A stretch of 64,000 nt of DNA from an uncultured Muribaculaceae bacterium (lineage in GTDB: Bacteria; Bacteroidota; Bacteroidia; Bacteroidales; Muribaculaceae). The notes under the pieces were generated by a model. It worked only from the letters and a program-made list of their open reading frames with translations. It had not been told where the DNA came from and searched no databases. The stretch spans positions 7,768 through 71,767 of the forward strand of contig CAJUIT010000012.1 in the NCBI GenBank assembly GCA_910586565.1, in the 5' to 3' direction. Shown in pieces: positions 17,925-26,248 of this stretch. The stretch's first letter is position 1, and each line of letters opens with the position of its first letter. The position numbers and the translations under genes are program-made.

Positions 17925-18830
17925 TTGAGGCTCACGACTTCACGCCGTGAGCCTCAGGCACTCTTTATGTTCACAAAATCAGATTCAACAGTCAATTTGT
18001 TTGCTCTCACCGATGAAGAGCTTGCTGCAATCATGGCTTTTCCGACACATCGTGCAGCGATTGACCGTGCAAGAGATATATTTCTGTTCTCTTGCTTTAC
18101 CGGATTGCGGTTTTCGGATGTAATAGGATTACGCTGGTCGAATATAGATAGAGATATGCTCGACTGCACAGCTCAGAAAACCAACCATCGCCAACGGTTT
18201 GCGTTGGCTACGGAAGCCTTGCGCATCATCGACAAATATCCAAAGTCACCAGATGAACCCGACCCTCGCGTTTTTCCTCAAATCTCCAATCAGAAATATA
18301 ACGCACACTTGAAAGAGGTTGGTAAGTTGGCAGGTATGACGGGCGATTGGATTACCGAGAAACAAAGCGACAGGGAAAAGACAAGAGAAGTGCGCCCAAA
18401 ATATGAGCTGCTTACTTCTCACGTTGCCCGGCGCACATTTGTGACGATGTGTCTGCGAAAAGGTATGTCACCCGAAGATATACGCGCCGTCACAGGACAC
18501 ACCACCGCCGACATGATGATGAAGTATGTGAAGTTCGACGATGAAAGCAAGCGCGAGAAGATGAGCATACTTAATGAAGCTCGTCAACAAGAGTGCGAAA
18601 CCGTATTTGATTATGAGATTGGCAGCGAGGAGCGAATGAAACTCGGCATACCGGAACAGTCAGCCTACTTTGAAATGTTTGAAGGTGATACTGCATCAGT
18701 CACCGCACACCACGCATTGCTATTTCATCTTCGCCATGACTTTGACCACCGAGCTACATACATGAAGCGTTTGCCAAATGACAGATTCAATGATACTATT
18801 GATGTGCTAATTAGAATAAAGGAATACTGA
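17925..18830 (+). pseudogene. Tyrosine recombinase (phage-integrase family) lacking its N-terminal DNA-binding domains
   Basis: Catalytic-domain motifs are present (FTGLRFSDV, LTSHVARRTF, GHTTADMMMKYV). Only ~20 codons precede the catalytic domain, and these lie in the repeat block. No ATG start. An unrelated ~100-aa C-terminal tail follows. Confidence 0.75.
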
Positions 18831-18988
18831 CGACCAATTATATTTCGTTTTTTTATACTGCACAAAAGGGAGGCGATGATGCTGTCGGTCTTGCCGGTGC
18901 GTCGTCCTGCGACTATAATGGTGGTGTTCGCGCCGATAAGCTGCGTAAGTCGTTGGGACTTGTTAAAGTAAACTTTATTGTCGGCCAT
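18725..18988 (-). pseudogene. Possible 5-prime fragment of a P-loop NTPase gene
   Basis: The first ~40 aa contain Walker A AGRRTGKT. The remainder is low-complexity read-through overlapping the integrase 3-prime end. Confidence 0.3.
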
Positions 18989-19024
18989 TGGGTTTTATAT
19001 TAAAGCATTTATGTACCTTATTTT

Positions 19025-19255
19025 ATGACAACCGGACGTTGGATATTTGTAATACTGTTTTGGGGATATGGAATTTATGCCCTTATAAGAGGTTTTTGGC
19101 TCAAAAAGCATCTAAATCTTGCTCCCGGGGATTTTATGTTTGAGCAAGAACAAATGGAGTGGAAGCGAAATATAAAATCAGGGGTATTATGTATTATCCT
19201 TGGATTTGTAATATTCTTTTTTCGCCACATCATTTTTCCCTCCATTTTGAATTAG
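19025..19255 (+). CDS. Small hypothetical membrane protein (2 TM)
   Basis: 76 aa, two hydrophobic helices, AT-rich relative to surroundings. Confidence 0.4.
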   Translation: MTTGRWIFVILFWGYGIYALIRGFWLKKHLNLAPGDFMFEQEQMEWKRNIKSGVLCIILGFVIFFFRHIIFPSILN

Positions 19256-19360
19256 CGAGTCAAATTGAGAAAGGCTCGCCGTCAGGCGCACCAGCCTCCG
19301 GCTGACGTCCGCCGTCTTGGCCGGCAGTGCGTTTCACTACGTTTAGGTTTTAAGTTTAAG

Positions 19361-19676
19361 TTATGAGTGACGAGGTGATTTTTTGCGTGAGGTCGTCTTA
19401 CCTTTTACCTTGTCACTCTGCCCTATGACGTATGTATCGTATGCCTCCCAGTTGGCGTGCAGCTTCTTGTCGAGCGATATAAGTTCTTTGAGGAACGGGT
19501 AACGCTCGGAGTCGGGGCAGGTGGCGCTGTCGAGCGAAAGCGAGCGGAGGCGCAGATGCAGTTCGCGCATACGTTGGAGGATAGAGAGGTTTTCAACGTA
19601 TTTCGCCTTGATGTCGTCGGGCAGTGCGTCGTGGTCGGCACGTTTGCCTTTTGGCTGCTCGTCGGCTTTAGCGGCG
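19361..19676 (-). pseudogene. 5-prime-truncated gene fragment of unknown function
   Basis: The ORF 19361-19777 only obtains a start codon by reading antisense through the duplicated maa fragment. The plausible coding part (…DALPDDIKAKYVENLSILQRMRELHLRL…) begins at the repeat boundary. Confidence 0.4.
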
Positions 19677-19780
19677 ACCGATGCGTGATTGGAGCCGGAA
19701 GCGTAGTAACCCAAAACATCCCCTCCGACACCATTGTTGCCGGCAATCCCGCACGCCCCATCCGCACCACCAAACATTGA
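19673..19780 (+). pseudogene. Duplicate of the last 35 codons of maa
   Basis: Translates GDRCVIGAGSVVTQNIPSDTIVAGNPARPIRTTKH*, against GDRCVIGAGSVVTKNIPSDTIVAGNPARPIRTSKP* in the intact gene. Confidence 0.85.
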
Positions 19781-19910
19781 GAGGGGCAGACTTTGGGGAA
19801 TCTTAATTAAAACGATAGAGTCGTTAAGGTCATTAGGGTCGTTAGGGTCATTAAGGTCTTTAACGACTCAACTTGTTTCTCTCGGGGCTTGATTGATGAA
19901 ACGGAGAGTG

Positions 19911-19999
19911 GAGGGTGTGGGAGAGTGATTTTATGGAAAAGGTGCGAAATTTTGAGGGGGGAAAACAAAATGTTTTCAACTTTTCACAGCTCCAAAAAG
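19911..19999 (-). repeat. Copy B of the repeated unit: shell only, ORF253 cassette absent
   Basis: GAGGGTGTGGGAGAGTGATTTTATGG-AAAAGG-TGCGAAATTTTGAGGGG...TTTTCAACTTTTCACAGCTCCAAAAAG. Both shell halves are abutted. Confidence 0.65.
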
Positions 20000-20141
20000 A
20001 TTCAACAAACCGTTATCTCAGCTTTTTGGAGTTTGCGACAGGGTGGTGTTGGCTATTGTAGATTAAACACACGGCTGAGGCTCACGACTTCACGCCGGGA
20101 GCCTCAGGCACTCTTTATGTTGATTTGCGGTTTGCTGATTG

Positions 20142-22226
20142 CTATTTCAGGATGCCGGAATTGGCGCCCGATTGCTGAGAGGCTTCGTTGCCATGCTGCA
20201 CTTTCTTTCCGAAACCGAACGTGTAGGTAACGGAAAGCTTTGCTATTGCGTGGTCGTCGGTTGAATAAGCCTGCTCAATTTTATCGTAGCAGGGACTGCG
20301 CATAACGCTTTTGTCGCCTTCCCAATTCCAACGTGCAAAATCGAAAAGTTGCAATTGCAGGTTCCACACGGAGTTTGACCATCCCGCTTTAAGCATGTAG
20401 AATGACTTTGTTTTCACCCAGGTTCCCACCATGCAACCGTCGGGATATCCCATAGGGGTGTAATAGAGCCCCGAAAAGGTCCAGTTGTTGAGATAGAAAT
20501 TTGCCATTATTGCATACTCAACATGTGTTTTGTTTAAATTGTAGGGAGCACCATTGCAAACGGAAGTAGCGTTAACCTGCGCCGTCAGTTGTAACTTGCT
20601 GTCGAACAGGCGCAGCGTTGCGTATGCGCCGTAATTCCACTGTGAATAATTTCCGCCCGGCTGCTTTATTGTTCTCAATATGCCGGCGGGGGCTGCCTCA
20701 TAGTCATACACATACCTGTTATCCACAATCCATGTTGATGCAGAGGCGGATAAACTGAACCTGTTGTTGGGGATATAGGTGTAGCTGACGCCGACATCAT
20801 AGCTCCCGTATGACACGAGATTGGGATTTCCCGTGTAGCTCATCAACGGATTGCTTTGAATCACGGCCGCAGAGCGATAGGCCGACGACGGGATTGATTT
20901 CATGTGATGAAATTCGCCACTCACCGAATGACGGTCATCGGGAGAATATTGTAGGGAAACATCAACCCACGGCGCCGCAGAGGTCTCCTTCCAATCAAGA
21001 TATTCCTGCCGGTCGTAATGAAACCCGAAACCGGCCATCGCATACACTTTCCCTGTGGAAAGACTATATTGAATGCCGGGGCCCACGCGATAGGTGTGGG
21101 CATTGTCGGCCGTAGTGGCTGTGCCTGAATAGCATGTGTTATTAGATGTGATGATGGTTTGAAGCATGGCATTGAGGGTTCCCCATTTGCCGAAAGAATG
21201 TGAGTAGGTCAGGTTTCCGCTGAATTGGTGAGAGTCATCTTTGGCGGCGTTGTAATATTCCCCGACGTTCTTTTCAACATAGAGACTGTTGGTGCAGGTG
21301 TGGGAATAAGCATAACGGGGAGAGAAAGTTATAGTGTTTTTGTCGTTGAGAATGAAATTCCAATAGCCGTTATATGACACCGAATTGATTCGGTTAGCCG
21401 ATTGCGCCGAGTAATCCGTACGCGGGGCAACTTCGGGCGAATAGTAAACATATCCGGCCTGATTGCTTAACGGCGTGTGGTTGAAGTTTGCCCCGACTAT
21501 GTTTTGGATTGTAATTTTGTCGGAGGAATACAACGCCTTGAATGTGGGCCAATAGTTGCGGCTGCGCATTGTTCCCTCCTGTTGGATGGAGTTGCGTTGA
21601 AAGAGCTTCAGCGTGCCGTCGGGCTGCGGCAGACGATATGTTTCATACGTGTCGCTCCCCGCATGGTTCTGATTCATATATAAAGCTCCGGCTGCGACGT
21701 CGAAGGTCATGCGGCGGTATTGCACTTTACCGTAGAGGTTTATTTGGCCGGCATTTGCGGTGGTCTCCCACCCATAGGCCTTGACATATCCGCCATATTC
21801 ATATTTCTGCATGACGAAATTAACCACATGCGCCTTTCCCTGAAAACGGGGGTCGGTTGGAAAATCGTAGTACTCCACCTTTTTCACATCCTGCATCCTC
21901 ATCCCCTCCATGTCTTGTTGCGATGCCGGGAGAAAATCAATGAACAGATCCACACTCTTTCCCGAGGGGGTGGTTATTTTATCATCGGAGGTGATTCGGA
22001 GTTGCGGAATCGCCATCCGGCTAAGTAGCTCACCGGCAGTCTGCGCCGCATTTTTTTGCTTTGATGAGGGGATGTAGGTGGAAACTTCCGCCCCCAGATG
22101 CGCGCGGCGTGCTTCCACAGTCACTTCGTTGAGTTCCTGAGTTTTGATGGTGTCGCTTACTGCGGTCTGCCCCGCCAACCCGGCAAATGTGCAGGCACAT
22201 AACACCCCTGTAGCCAATCGTTTCAT
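20142..22226 (-). CDS. Outer-membrane beta-barrel protein, TonB-dependent-receptor-like
   Basis: 694 aa. Signal peptide, N-terminal plug-like region (ELNEVTVEA..., QTAGELLSRMAIPQL), aromatic-rich beta-strand pattern, C-terminal aromatic-rich strand (SVTYTFGFG). Last gene of the ECF sigma operon. Confidence 0.75.
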   Translation of the reverse strand: MKRLATGVLCACTFAGLAGQTAVSDTIKTQELNEVTVEARRAHLGAEVSTYIPSSKQKNAAQTAGELLSRMAIPQLRITSDDKITTPSGKSVDLFIDFLPASQQDMEGMRMQDVKKVEYYDFPTDPRFQGKAHVVNFVMQKYEYGGYVKAYGWETTANAGQINLYGKVQYRRMTFDVAAGALYMNQNHAGSDTYETYRLPQPDGTLKLFQRNSIQQEGTMRSRNYWPTFKALYSSDKITIQNIVGANFNHTPLSNQAGYVYYSPEVAPRTDYSAQSANRINSVSYNGYWNFILNDKNTITFSPRYAYSHTCTNSLYVEKNVGEYYNAAKDDSHQFSGNLTYSHSFGKWGTLNAMLQTIITSNNTCYSGTATTADNAHTYRVGPGIQYSLSTGKVYAMAGFGFHYDRQEYLDWKETSAAPWVDVSLQYSPDDRHSVSGEFHHMKSIPSSAYRSAAVIQSNPLMSYTGNPNLVSYGSYDVGVSYTYIPNNRFSLSASASTWIVDNRYVYDYEAAPAGILRTIKQPGGNYSQWNYGAYATLRLFDSKLQLTAQVNATSVCNGAPYNLNKTHVEYAIMANFYLNNWTFSGLYYTPMGYPDGCMVGTWVKTKSFYMLKAGWSNSVWNLQLQLFDFARWNWEGDKSVMRSPCYDKIEQAYSTDDHAIAKLSVTYTFGFGKKVQHGNEASQQSGANSGILK

Positions 22227-22298
22227 AAATTGTCATCATTGATAACCCTTCGCCGCGCGAATCTTCAATGCGGTTGGGGGAAGGTATGTAAAATGGAT

Positions 22299-23162
22299 TT
22301 ACTTAGTATTACTTAAAGCTACAAGGCACTGGTTCAGAAGCGCACTCAGAACCGACTCTGAATATTTTTTATCTGAAATCATCCCAGCCAGAATTTCGCG
22401 CACCGCTTCTTTATCGGCTTCGGTAACCTCGGAATAATAACCGGTCTTTTTTATCACATTGAACGCTTTTGTGGCAAGGGCAATTCGCGTCTGTGTATTG
22501 GCTGAAGTCATCCCCTGGAAATAGGACATGAGTGTGTCGAACCATGTTTCCTGCGAGGTTTGTGTTGACGATGGCAACACACTCACCCCGTTGGAGAACG
22601 ACCGCAACACATCGAATTGGCGCTCTCTCTCGGCTTTCTGGCGATATTGCAAGGTTGTGGCGTAGGTGATTATAAGTTTGCCGGCCAACTTTCCGTTTGC
22701 AGTTTCCTTGAAGTTCATGCCATAGGCATAGCGGTAGATTCCATTGGGGTCCTCGGACGGGGGCGCGAGGTAGAGCGAATAGATATATTCGCAATCAGCA
22801 GGGGAAGATATGTACACCCCGTCGTTGCCGTTATTTCCAACCGTCAAAACAATGTCACTCTCAGTGTTAACGGATTTACCGCGGTTTACACTGTAGGCCA
22901 TGTCGGCATCTTTTTCAAACGCTGAAACCACATTTTTCAGCAGCGATAATTTGCCGGCAGGGAGCACGTAACGATACACATCGCTCTGGCCGGTCTTTAT
23001 TCCGGTGACAGGATCCCTGTCGAGCGTGTGGCTCTCTGTGATTTCTGCGTCGGGGCACTTGATTATGGCATCGAATGCAGCCTTTATGTTGGACTGTGCT
23101 GCGGCCATTAACGGCATGACTGCGAGCGCAAGGCTGAAAAGTCGGATAACTGAGGTTTTCAT
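22299..23162 (-). CDS. Hypothetical secreted protein
   Basis: 287 aa. Signal peptide MKTSVIRLFSLALAVMPLMAAAQS. No family recognised. Confidence 0.6.
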   Translation of the reverse strand: MKTSVIRLFSLALAVMPLMAAAQSNIKAAFDAIIKCPDAEITESHTLDRDPVTGIKTGQSDVYRYVLPAGKLSLLKNVVSAFEKDADMAYSVNRGKSVNTESDIVLTVGNNGNDGVYISSPADCEYIYSLYLAPPSEDPNGIYRYAYGMNFKETANGKLAGKLIITYATTLQYRQKAERERQFDVLRSFSNGVSVLPSSTQTSQETWFDTLMSYFQGMTSANTQTRIALATKAFNVIKKTGYYSEVTEADKEAVREILAGMISDKKYSESVLSALLNQCLVALSNTK

Positions 23163-23183
23163 ATCTTACAGGGGGGATTAGAG

Positions 23184-23906
23184 TTATTGCATTGTTACTT
23201 TTATAATCGCGCTCTCGACAACATCGTCGTTCAACCCGACGAGGTCATAGATTTGCCGAATGGCTGCAAGTTCATCGGCCATCACTTCGGCATTCTGCAT
23301 TGCCAAATCGTTTTCAACGCGCGCCTGCTGAATGCGGAGAAATTCGTCAACATCCACGTCAATGCCATCGGCAACAGCAAGCGCATCATCAACTTCTGTT
23401 GTCTCAACCTTTGCAATGCTTCGTTTCGCCGAGACATTACGCTTTTGTTTTATAATTGCAGGGGTGATTACCTTACATTCTTCAACACTATCATGAATTA
23501 TCGTGACATCATCAACTTCAGGAATTGACAATGTGTTGTTTCCGGCAGTTCTCCCCTGCTCCAACATTGCCAGTTGCAAGGGTTGATCAGTAGTGGCGAG
23601 CTTGTCAATTATCTTAACCGTTACGCCAGAAGCTATCACTACGCCTATGAAAATCGCGGCTACCCGCATAACCCGGCGCATAGGCGAGAGTTTGCGCGGA
23701 ATGTGGAGGCGGGTGCTGAAACGCGCCCACTCATCAGCCATATTTATCTCAGGTTGCCGCACACACGCGCCGCTCACCGATGCGGAGATTTCATAAATGT
23801 CGCGGAGTTCCTCATCGTGCGTTATCATCTCAAGCTCCTCGGCCGACAAAGAGGAAGGAGCATCGAGCATCTTGGCTATCAATTTTTCTTTCTGTTCTTC
23901 TGTCAT
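23184..23906 (-). CDS. Putative anti-sigma factor (single-pass membrane protein)
   Basis: 240 aa. One TM (VAAIFIGVVIASGVTV). ATGA start/stop overlap with the upstream ECF sigma gene. Confidence 0.6.
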   Translation of the reverse strand: MTEEQKEKLIAKMLDAPSSLSAEELEMITHDEELRDIYEISASVSGACVRQPEINMADEWARFSTRLHIPRKLSPMRRVMRVAAIFIGVVIASGVTVKIIDKLATTDQPLQLAMLEQGRTAGNNTLSIPEVDDVTIIHDSVEECKVITPAIIKQKRNVSAKRSIAKVETTEVDDALAVADGIDVDVDEFLRIQQARVENDLAMQNAEVMADELAAIRQIYDLVGLNDDVVESAIIKVTMQ

Positions 23907-24388
23907 GATCTACCGGATTTGAAATGGTTTCTCAATTTTTTCAATGCTGAAACTATATTCTTGTTCACTGCCGACACCGACACCTCAAGGGTTTCAGCCG
24001 TTTCCTTGTAGCTAAGTCCGTCGGTGTAGATTTTGCCAACAACATCACGCTCGCGTGGCGTAAGCAGGCGTTTAACAGCCGTTCTGACTTCTTCGTGATA
24101 CTCTTCGAGGTTGAAATCTTCATCGGGCGAGTCGGTTGATATTCTCCGGCGAATCTTCTCGCGGGTCTCAAGCGTGCTTATCCTGTTGAGGCACGCATTG
24201 CGAACAGCCCTTACGGTAAATGCCTGCGGATTCTCCGCCCTGACGCCCGACTCCCAAAGCCTGAGAAACACCTCCTGCACCACATCGCGGGCCTCATCCT
24301 CATCATGAAGCATGCTCATAGCCAACCTCATTGATGGGGGGAAGCATTGGGTGTAAAGAGTTTCAAACTCAGCTTTTGAATATCTCAT
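23903..24388 (-). CDS. RNA polymerase ECF-type sigma-70 factor
   Basis: 161 aa. Region 2 (DVVQEVFLRLWE) and region 4 HTH (LSYKETAETLEVSVSAVNKNI). Confidence 0.85.
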   Translation of the reverse strand: MRYSKAEFETLYTQCFPPSMRLAMSMLHDEDEARDVVQEVFLRLWESGVRAENPQAFTVRAVRNACLNRISTLETREKIRRRISTDSPDEDFNLEEYHEEVRTAVKRLLTPRERDVVGKIYTDGLSYKETAETLEVSVSAVNKNIVSALKKLRNHFKSGRS

Positions 24389-24542
24389 TCCGAAGTCGTT
24401 TTATATAGTAGACAGCTGAACCATTGAAATCATCACCCCAAGTTAGCAAAATTTTTCCAACCGACGTAACTCTTAGCGTAATTCGACGACTAATTAGGGT
24501 GTGACATACAGCATTCTGACACAGCCTAATGAAAAAAGTAAT

Positions 24543-24731
24543 ATGCTACGCTACATCCCAGTTATCGCCATTGTCGGCGTAATTTTTGCCATCGTATTTG
24601 CAGCCGCTGATAAACTGATTGCCAAAGTGGACGATCCGAAAAAGCGCAAATACCTTAAGATTGCCGTCTACGCAGTTATCTACTTCTGCATGGGTTGCAT
24701 CTCAACCGAGGTGGTTCTGCGGCTGAAATAA
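24543..24731 (+). CDS. Small hypothetical membrane protein
   Basis: 62 aa from the ATG (the ORF-track start at 24501 is GTG). Two hydrophobic helices. Confidence 0.35.
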   Translation: MLRYIPVIAIVGVIFAIVFAAADKLIAKVDDPKKRKYLKIAVYAVIYFCMGCISTEVVLRLK

Positions 24732-24772
24732 CCATCTTGAATACCGAGGTTGATTATCTGCCAATCATTTAG

Positions 24773-24780
24773 TAATTTTG
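24773..24780 (+). promoter_or_regulatory. -7 promoter box TAATTTTG
   Basis: TAnnTTTG match 70 nt upstream of the SMR gene. Confidence 0.4.
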
Positions 24781-24850
24781 CAGTGTGATATGACCTTAGA
24801 AGGAGACGCCGGGTATTGCTGCAGCCCTCGATAGGACATCTGTTTGAGAT

Positions 24851-25174
24851 ATGAATTGGGTTCTCCTAATCATCGCCGGGTGCTTTGAAACGGGTTTTGC
24901 GTTTTGCCTCGGCAAAATGAAAGGATTGTCAGGAACGCCGTGGTGCCTTTGGGGCACGGGATTTCTGTTCTGTCTAATCCTCAGCATGGTTTTACTTGCA
25001 AAATCGGTGCAAACAATCCCCATCGGAACGGCTTATCCGGTTTGGACCGGCATTGGTGCGATCGGCACCGTAATAGTGGGAATTTTGTTCTTCAATGAAC
25101 CCGCCACTTTCTGGCGGTTATTTATCGTTACCACTCTAATCCTCTCGGTTGTCGGACTTAAAATTTTGCACTGA
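24851..25174 (+). CDS. sugE: SMR-family transporter, SugE/Gdx subtype
   Basis: 107 aa, 4 TM. Conserved Glu in TM1 (AGCFETGFA) and PIGTAYPVWTGIGA motif, closely paralleling E. coli SugE. Confidence 0.85.
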   Translation: MNWVLLIIAGCFETGFAFCLGKMKGLSGTPWCLWGTGFLFCLILSMVLLAKSVQTIPIGTAYPVWTGIGAIGTVIVGILFFNEPATFWRLFIVTTLILSVVGLKILH

Positions 25175-25659
25175 TGGAAAGAAAGATGCGCCGTTTCAAA
25201 CAACAGCTCACCAATGAGCAAAGCATTGAAATTCTCAGCAATACCACCTCGGGGGTCTTGGCACTGTGTGACTCAGACATGCAGCCCTACGGAGTTCCCT
25301 TGAGTCATGTCTATGCCGATGGGAAAATATATTTTCACTCAGCCCTGAAAGGCCACAAGGTGGATGTTTTGAAGTTCAATAACAAGGCTTCGTTTACAGT
25401 CATATCTCAAGATGAAATACATCCTGAAAAATACACCACCTATTTCCGCAGCGTAATTGTGTTCGGCTCCATAAGGATTATTGAGGATGAAGCCGAAAAA
25501 AGGCGGACGCTTGAGATTTTGGGACGCAGATGCAATCCCGATGATGCAGAGGGATTGGAGAAAGAGATTGCAAGCGGTCTGTCGCGTTGCCTGATGCTCG
25601 AAATGAGCATCGACCGCCTCACCGGAAAACAATCAATCGAACTGGCAAATCTGCAATAA
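25174..25659 (+). CDS. Pyridoxamine 5-prime-phosphate oxidase family protein (Nim-like)
   Basis: 161 aa. TGATG stop/start overlap with sugE. N-terminus MRRFKQQLTNEQSIEIL and split-barrel pattern as in Nim/PNPOx proteins. Start may be 25186. Confidence 0.75.
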   Translation: MERKMRRFKQQLTNEQSIEILSNTTSGVLALCDSDMQPYGVPLSHVYADGKIYFHSALKGHKVDVLKFNNKASFTVISQDEIHPEKYTTYFRSVIVFGSIRIIEDEAEKRRTLEILGRRCNPDDAEGLEKEIASGLSRCLMLEMSIDRLTGKQSIELANLQ

Positions 25660-25784
25660 ACTCGCTACACCTCCCTACGCCACCTACCCTGCCCGCTCAA
25701 ACGCCCAAAGCATCTGAACATCGCAAATGGATTGAATGAATAATTATATGATGATTGCGGGCGGCTTCTTAAACCTCTATAACG

Positions 25785-25815
25785 CAAAAAAGCAACCCGA
25801 TTGGGTTGCTTTTTT
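25785..25815. terminator. Bidirectional rho-independent terminator
   Basis: AAAAAA-GCAACCC-GATT-GGGTTGC-TTTTTT. Confidence 0.7.
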
Positions 25816-25897
25816 GCGGAGAGAGGGATTCTTTCTCCGCTTCGCTACGAAAGCGCTTCGCGATAACGAACCTGAGGGTTCTCATCCCTCTCTCTCT
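25816..25897 (-). repeat. tRNA-Ser-derived relic (pseudo-tRNA-like hairpin)
   Basis: On the minus strand both ends resemble the adjacent tRNA-Ser (GAGAGAGAGGGATGAG... and ...GGAGAAAGAATCCCTCTCTCCGCA). An 11-bp terminal stem forms. The interior is unrelated. Confidence 0.4.
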
Positions 25898-25939
25898 AAA
25901 CGCAAAAGAGCCGCAAGTCATTGACTTACAGCTCTTTTG

Positions 25940-26024
25940 CGGAGAGAGAGGGATTCGAACCCCCGGAGGTGTGACCCTCAACGGTTTTCAAGACCGCCGC
26001 AATCGACCACTCTGCCATCTCTCC
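25940..26024 (-). tRNA. tRNA-Ser (UGA)
   Basis: Folded by hand. Acceptor GGAGAGA/TCTCTCC, anticodon loop CTTGAAA, long variable arm, T-loop TTCGAAT. 85 nt, CCA not encoded. Confidence 0.9.
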
Positions 26025-26248
26025 AAAAGTTCCTGTTTACCGAGGGATTAAATGAGCGTGCTCACTCAGCCCGGATTGAGGAAATGTCGTTTGTCAAAGA
26101 ACGCGTTGTTTTTTAACGACGTGCAAAGGTAAGAGTTTTTTTTGATTTGTGCAATAGGGTTTGGCGCCGGAAGGCTATTTTTTTGTCGCCGATGTGAGTT
26201 TTTTCCATCTGATGAGCGGCTCAAGGGGTTAAAGCGAGAGGTGAAAGG

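Larger units (their letters stand above)
16730..17971. repeat. Left copy of a long imperfect direct repeat (maa 3-prime end plus downstream spacer), here interrupted by the ~0.81-kb ORF253 cassette
   Basis: 16730-16995 aligns to 19673-19939 at roughly 90% identity by eye. 17807-17971 aligns patchily to 19940-20121, including the hairpin GAGGCTCACG-N9-CGTGAGCCTC and the end CTCTTTATGTT. Confidence 0.8.
19673..20121. repeat. Right copy of the long imperfect direct repeat
   Basis: See 16730-17971. Lacks the ORF253 cassette. Confidence 0.8.

Noticed and set aside
19889-20230. A 113-aa plus-strand ORF.
   Set aside because: It runs through the right repeat copy and into the 3-prime end of the beta-barrel gene on the other strand. 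It is a chimeric read-through of non-coding repeat sequence.
24732-24850. A guanidine riboswitch upstream of sugE.
   Set aside because: I could not find ACGR-loop hairpin pairs or the conserved guanidine-I or guanidine-III cores by eye. It needs an Rfam scan before any claim.
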